Assembly (NCBI RefSeq): GCF_009914755.1
Contig: NC_060936.1
DNA from: the human T2T-CHM13v2.0 reference genome, Homo sapiens
Direction: 5' to 3' (one strand)
DNA: 64,000 nt
Shown here: one piece after another, positions 52,560 through 64,000 of the stretch
Position numbering within the stretch: the first letter of the stretch is position 1
How the letters are laid out: each line of letters starts with the position of its first letter
Translations under genes and position numbers: made by a program
The notes under the pieces: model-generated
Databases searched by the model: none
Told to the model about the DNA's origin: nothing
Seen by the model: the letters and a program-made list of their open reading frames with translations, nothing else

Positions 52560-52957
52560 GTAAACAGGTTTTCTTAGCTTCTCTTAGTTTGACTCTCACA
52601 TTTTTTGTAATCCTTTAAAATTAGATTTCTTGAGAAATTCAGCTTATTTTATTTCTAAAATTATTGTTGTTTGAGAATATTACAAGTTTTGTTTGTTGTA
52701 AAAAATTTACAGTCAATTCACCTAACATCTCATAATTCTGGTTCATGTCAGATAATAGATTGTTACTCCTTTAGAGGAGAATTTGTATTAATTTAGCTGA
52801 GTGAGGGACCTTAACAAGGAAGGCATCCCATTTATAAATTTCTTTATTCAAGTGACCACTATATTGTCATAATAAATGAAATTACATACATTATGCTTAA
52901 TTCCCAATTTGAGCTAAATGTGTAACAGGATTGGTGTATATTTTAATCATTAGAATC

Positions 52958-53351
<394 letters not shown>

Positions 53352-53371
53352 CTAGCAGTATCTTTCTCTAG

Positions 53372-53472
53372 AGTATGCCCAGCTTTTTGCAGCACTGATT
53401 GCACGAACAGCAAAAGACATTGATGTTTTGATAGATTCCTTACCCAGTGAAGAATCTACAGCTGCTTTACAG
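53372..53472 (+). CDS. MED21: MED21 coding exon 3 ([34 protein letters not shown])
   Basis: 101 nt; acceptor ctctag|AG, donor CAG|gtaagc; contains conserved DVLIDSLP motif. Confidence 0.97.
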
Positions 53473-53537
53473 GTAAGCCTCTATTCCTTTGAGAATTTTA
53501 CCAGTAATAGAGAATTTTGAATTAAAGGAGGTAGATT

Positions 53538-53950
53538 TAGTACCTTTTGTCTGTGTCCATTTGTGCTGCTATAACAACATACCTGAGACAGTAATTTATA
53601 AAGAACAGAAATTTATTTTCTCACAGTTCTGGAGTCTGGGAAGTCCAAGATCAAGGCATTTATTACTCACTGTGCATGAGTAATGAATTTTTATTAAACA
53701 TGGTGCCATGTTTAGGGCCATGTTGAGGGCCTTCTTCCTGTTTCCTCACATGGCTGAAGGCAGAAGGGCAAAAGAGCAAGAGCTCCCTCTTCAACCTCAA
53801 GCCATATTTTAAGGGTACTAATTCCATCTATGAGATCTCTGCCTTCATGACTTAATATCCTCTTAAAGGCCCCTTCCCTCTTAATACCATCACATTGGGG
53901 ATTAGATTTTAATGTATGAATTTTGGAGGGGATGCATTCAAATCATAGCA
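53538..53950 (-). mobile_element. MaLR LTR (MST-like) carrying a foreign ~65-bp insert
   Basis: gtccatttgtgctgctataac...aagtccaagatcaagg...cattcaaatcatagca. Confidence 0.8.
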
Positions 53951-54309
53951 CCTTTTGTTATAATATTCAAATTTCCATTATAAGGAAACCTCTTATTTTC
54001 CTCAATTTTGTCTCTTTTCCTAGTGAAGAATGAGAGGAGGGTGGCATTCTACAATTGGAGTAGAATAATGGTGTCTAAACGTAATGTGTAAGGGAGTCAC
54101 TTAAAGATATCTAGAGATCTCTAATTGAAAAGTCATTCTTTTTAATAATTCACATGGGGAAAATTCTTAAAAGTTGTCTGATTTTTAGAATTTCTTTACT
54201 GAAAAACATATCACAATGATTGCAAAGTCATCCAGATTTAAAAATAAGTACATCTGTGACAGCTTCTCTTTCTAAACTCTAAAGATTTTAAAATTTGTGT
54301 CTTATAAAG

Positions 54310-54486
54310 GCTGCTAGCTTGTATAAGCTAGAAGAAGAAAACCATGAAGCTGCTACATGTCTGGAGGATGTTGTTTATCGAGGAGACATGCTTCTGGAGA
54401 AGATACAAAGCGCACTTGCTGATATTGCACAGTCACAGCTGAAGACAAGAAGTGGTACCCATAGCCAGTCTCTTCCAGACTCATAG
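54310..54486 (+). CDS. MED21: MED21 coding exon 4 ([15 protein letters not shown]...SQSLPDS*)
   Basis: 177 nt; acceptor ataaag|GCT; stop TAG 54484-54486; total CDS 435 nt = 144 aa. Confidence 0.97.
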   Translation, partial: AASLYKLEEENHEAATCLEDVVYRGDMLLEKIQSALADIAQSQLKTRSGTHSQSLPDS

Positions 54487-56149
54487 CATCAGTGGATACC
54501 ATGTGGCTGAGAAAAGAACTGTTTGAGTGCCATTAAGAATTCTGCATCAGACTTAGATACAAGCCTTACCAACAATTACAGAAACATTAAACACTATGAC
54601 ACATTACCTTTTTAGCTATTTTTAATAGTCTTCTATTTTCACTCTTGATAAGCTTATAAAATCATGATTGAATCAGCTTTAAAGCATCATACCATCATTT
54701 TTTAACTGAGTGAAATTATTAAGGCATGTAATACATTAATGAACATAATATAAGGAAACATATGTAAAATTCTGTTATGACATAATTTATGTCTCCATTT
54801 TGTTGTATTGGCCAGTACTTTTACAAATCAAAACATCTCTCAAGCCAAAGGAGAAGACAGTAAGAACAGACATAAGGGACATTTTAGTTTAGGCTAGTGT
54901 CCTGCCTCTTAGAGGTGGCATTGTGTAAATCTGAGCTTTGAGCAAGAAAGTTTTGGAAATTGTGTTGCTTTTAAGAAATAGAGTTAGTGTGGCTGGATAA
55001 GAAAGTCACATTTATGCAAATGTTTCTTCTGCTAGAACCTCATACCTGTTCTAGTTCATCTCCACGTTTATTTTACCAAGAGATCCTCTGTCAAGAGAAT
55101 TTCCTGGCTGTTGTGAAAGAATTTTTCTACATCCTGAACTATTTTTCCTATTTCTTTTCACCTTGCTTTTTTTCATCCTTAATTTGCTTGTCATCACAAT
55201 GAAGTATGTTTTTTGAATCATCAATTCTTTCTCATTCTCCATTTATCTGAAGGTTCTTTTGCCCTTATTAACCTCTCAACTTTTATTGCTGTATTCTAGT
55301 CAGACCAGAACATACTTCCACTACATCAGTTACTTGGCATCATTTCACCTCAGTTTATTATTGCCAAATAATAATTTGTGTCAGCATTTTCAACTATGGT
55401 TATTCATCCAACCCTTGGATCTCTTTGAGTCTACTGATAATCTCCACTGGAAAGGTGGAATTGAAATGTGGTCCACATTTTAACTAGCTATTTCCTGGGG
55501 CTGTATTTTTCAGAATATGCTGAGCTACATTTGCTGCAATCTGTTGCTATTCAGAGTTTAAGTTTCAGGAGAAAACAGGAACAATAGAACACTCTGCCTG
55601 TTATTTTTGTTGTAATCAAGCTTTTCCACAGTTCTTGAAAAGTACTATGTTTCAAATTTCAGGAACACCAGCGTTAGCTGTAAAAGTTGCAGCAATTTAT
55701 TGGCTAGTCATAGAAAATTTTTGAACTTTTAACTGTATTTTAATTGATGTTTATTAAAAACACTTTGCTATCAGATATTTGGCATAAATCTGTACTCTTC
55801 ATTATAGTTTTGGGGGGAGAGAAGATTCAGTCAGAAAACTTATTCAAAGTACCTAAGTATTATAAAGGAGTCAAAAAGGTACAAAGAGAAAAGGTCAAGA
55901 CATTTTTCAAATGAGGGAAAACTAACAGGATTTATCACTAGTAAACCTGCTCTAAAAGAATTCAAGGGAAGCTTTTTAAAAAGAAGGGAAGTTATAGCAG
56001 AAGGAAACTTAGAATGGCAGGAATAAAGAAGGCATAATGTATAGGGTAAATATAATAGACTTCTCTTGAGGTTTTAAAAATTACATTTGTTATTTGAAAG
56101 AAAAAAATTAACGTTGTTGTATGTGATTCTCTGTAGAGGATATACAGTT

Positions 56150-57690
<1,541 letters not shown>

Positions 57691-58159
57691 TCAGTGTGAG
57701 GTAGAGTCAATGGAATGTAGCCATGAAAAAAAAAATGCTACTACAAACATTACAGGAATAAGGAATTTGATCGAAGAATTAGCATTTACACAAAATATGG
57801 GAGGAGTTAGGGAAGTGAAAGAATGAAAGGAGAAAGAGGATAAAGAAAACACTAACCACATCACCCTAAAGCCCTTATTGCTAAATGAGGTTATTGTAGT
57901 GCCAGTTAAGTCCAGGTCAGCCAAGGCGTGCGTACCCCTTGGCCCCACTTGGAAAGCTGTGTGGATATGACTGTTGGATTAGGGGGTTCTCAAAGCCAAA
58001 ATGGATTTATCAGCAATGACCTTACTGCCTGGTACCCAGCTTTGAGAGGACCAAAAACGACGGATGTGTCTTGCATTCCCTGGTCCCTCTTTCTTCTTTT
58101 ACCCATATCTAAGTTGTTTAAAGGAGAAAAATCCTTAGGTTGAAGCCATATTCTCTCTA

Positions 58160-58450
58160 TTCTTGAAGGACCACAGACTCTACGCCCCTGTTGAAATTTT
58201 CTGGAAGCCTATGGGAAAGGAGGAATGAAAAGCTTCGTGATGTCTTTGAATACAGGTGCCTAAGTTACTATCGTAACTGGTCCAGTAAGGAGAAGGGGTA
58301 TCTGAATTTCAACTTGGGGGCTGGGCAAGGTAACCAGTGAGGTGGGGAGATAAATAGAACTTGGTAGCTAAGACCCTTCAGGTTGGCTTGATGATGCATT
58401 GTGATCATGGCTTCTACTTCAGATGTGTTGCTGGAATAGATATCCTTATA
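58160..58450 (+). mobile_element. Degenerate retroviral (ERVL-like) aspartic protease fossil
   Basis: 58246-58284 translates LNTGA*VTIVTGP (LDTGA-like); 58433-58447 translates GIDIL. Confidence 0.55.
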
Positions 58451-58629
58451 CTTGTAATTCCCCTATACACAAATGCCAGCAAGAATAGTCCCATTGAGGA
58501 CATGCTAAATGTAGAGAGGTAGTAGTATGACATGGAAAACACTCCCCAACTTGTCTCCCTGTCTCCTGCTTATGTGGTACATGGCCACTGACTACAGTAT
58601 TAACCTTTACTTGAGCCCTGTGCTTCTGG

Positions 58630-59590
58630 AAAACAGTGACAGTTAAGAAATCCCTCCTTCTTGTTACATTTCAGGAAATGGCTTATTGCAAAGAACCACT
58701 AGAACTGTGAGTAACACCTTCATTTACCTATGATAAAGCCAGACTCAGACCCTCCAAATCCCATTCTTTGCCTCAAAATAATTAGTTGAACTATTTGTAC
58801 CCATAGACTAATCTGGACAAAATGCCCTTTAACTTGACCCAATTTTATGCTTCTCCCTTCCCCGTAAGCCACTGGACTTTGATCCACCTTCAGCCTGAGC
58901 CAGCACTGGACTGTGGAATAGTCCCTCCTTTTCCCCTCCTGAAAATTGACTAGCCACCAGGAAGGACATTCCCTGCTCAGCTGTCCCATTAACGTCACCT
59001 GCTCCTCTCCTCCACGTTAGTTTTTTTCTAGCCTGTTTATTCCTCCCTGTAAGAGAAAAAGAGAAAAGCCTATTTCTATCTGATCTTTGAGATGCTTGCA
59101 GATCTTACCTTTGAAGCATTCTCCTTATTGCAATAGTCTCCCTGACCCTATTGCAATAGTTCCTCTCTCCCTGTTTGTATTCACCCATTCAGGCTGCTAT
59201 ATATAGCAAAATACCATAAGCTGATAGCTTATAGACAATATAAATTTACTTCCCACAGTTCTGAAGCCCGGGAAGTCAAAGATCAAAGTGCTGGCAGGTC
59301 TGGTGTCTGGTGGGGGCACCTTCTCACTGTCCTCACATGGTAGAAGAAGCAAGGGAAACTCTTGGGCCTCTTTAGAGGTACTAATCCCACTCATGAGGCC
59401 TTTACCTTCTTGACCTAGTCATTTTTCAAAGGCTCGACCCATCATCATTCGTATGTTAGGATTTCAACGTACAAATTTGTGGGGTTGGGAGGGATACAAG
59501 CATTCAGAGCATAGCACTATTTTAATAATCATTTCAAATAGAGTCATTCTATACCTAGTCTGGATTTTTGTTTGTTTTACTTGACCTCAT
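58630..59590 (+). mobile_element. Degenerate ERV1-class LTR (MER34/MER39-like, tentative)
   Basis: caggaaatggcttattgcaaagaac and repeated attgcaatagt motifs typical of this group. Confidence 0.45.
59176..59516 (-). mobile_element. MaLR LTR (MST/MLT1A-like) nested in an ERV1-like LTR
   Basis: tgtattcacccattcaggctgctat...gaagtcaaagatcaaagtgctggcagg...cattcagagcatagca. Confidence 0.7.
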
Positions 59591-60158
59591 TCACTTGGGT
59601 AGGAAAAAAATCTCATGGACTCTCATTGATAGCCCCAGGGGTAAGGTTGGGGCAAAAAGAGCAGAGGCACTCATTTACTGTGAGGTAAGAAATCTGTTTC
59701 AGATCACCTTGTGTGCAATTCAGGATAAAATTAATAAAGATGAATAGTAAAAATCCAATACTAAGAGATAAAACTCAGGAGTCAAAAGAAGAAATCAGAA
59801 AGATTAGAGCATAATTCAGAATGTAATGAAAACAAACTATGCATAGAAACTTGTGGTATTCGGCCAAGACAGCATGTAGGAGAAAATGCAAGTATTACCT
59901 TTCTTGCTTGTATTAGGATAAAAAGTTGAAAATTAACAAGCTAAGTATCTAACTGAAAGAGAAAGAAAGAAATAATAAAGGTAACAGCAGAAATTAAGAA
60001 AACAACCATACTGTAGAAAAAACAAAGCCCAAAGTTGAGATTCAAAAAGAGTATGGCTGAAAAAAGAGTTTTGACTATTGATTGAATGTATTTAAAATTT
60101 AAATGGTCCTTTAAATCCTTCAAACTTAATCCTTTAAACTTCAAAAAAAGTTTAAATT

Positions 60159-61250
<1,092 letters not shown>

Positions 61251-61464
61251 AACAGGCAGTAATAAAACCTTCTAGCCACCAAGCCTAGAGAGTTTTATTA
61301 ATGAGAATAGTGAGTTGTGAGTTTTGCTAAATATGCGGTTTCTTTGAATTCCAGTTTTATACAGAAAGTATAAAGCTCTTGTCAAAATTTTACAGTAACA
61401 GTACCAAAATTAAAAATAACTAAATCTCTTTTTTTTTTTTTGGATTAAGGTGATTTGTTATTTC

Positions 61465-63603
<2,139 letters not shown>

Positions 63604-64000
63604 TTAGAGACAGTGGGTATTAACAATTGCATATATCACAATAAATGTATGTTTAATCTCAGGAATGCATGGCAGTTCTGTCTTTAGAAAATGTATTTTT
63701 TGTATTTTTATCAATTTAGAGATGCCCTTTTAAAAAAACATATTACAAATTGGAATATTCAAAGGGCAGCTGTTTTATTTTCTTCCTTGCTGAAACATAA
63801 AATAATGACGTGTTTTAAAATTTATAGAATCTTTGATTTGATCAAATATGGTAATGTAATTTGCCATTCTAACAGATCAAAATCAGAATCAGTATGATCA
63901 TCTATCTTGATTTGCGAGAAGCATTTGATAATATTCAAAATCCATTTATGAAAAAACTCTTGGCAGAGGAGAAACAGCAAAGAATTTTTAAAATATAAAG

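Overview
Primate (human-type) genomic DNA, rich in Alu, L1, L2, MIR, LTR and DNA-transposon repeats, holding two divergently transcribed spliced genes about 8.4 kb apart (ATG to ATG). On the minus strand is TM7SF3: 12 coding exons from the ATG at 40170 down past position 1, with the last exon running off the window. On the plus strand is MED21, a Mediator subunit with 4 coding exons (48600-54486, 144 aa). I recognise both proteins; in human they lie at 12p11.23. I read all exon boundaries by hand: every intron is GT-AG and the phases join into continuous reading frames. Each gene has its own CpG island. I see no support for a new protein-coding gene or multi-gene system. The most unusual signal is a set of short (26-56 bp), near-identical, same-orientation copies pasted into older repeats from donors 1.3-1.7 kb away. 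In the three polarisable cases the donor is upstream in the host gene's direction of transcription. There are also several snap-back micro-inversions and an Alu-Alu conversion tract. Other highlights: a p53 element overlapping a hairpin in TM7SF3 intron 1; a two-uATG leader on TM7SF3; a TISU/YY1 start on MED21; a very young AluYb9-type insertion beside exon 6; a tailless Alu with TSDs; an LTR integrated inside an Alu; and an L1PA with a short candidate 3' transduction. Repeat subfamily names come from memory of consensus sequences and should be confirmed with RepeatMasker/Dfam.
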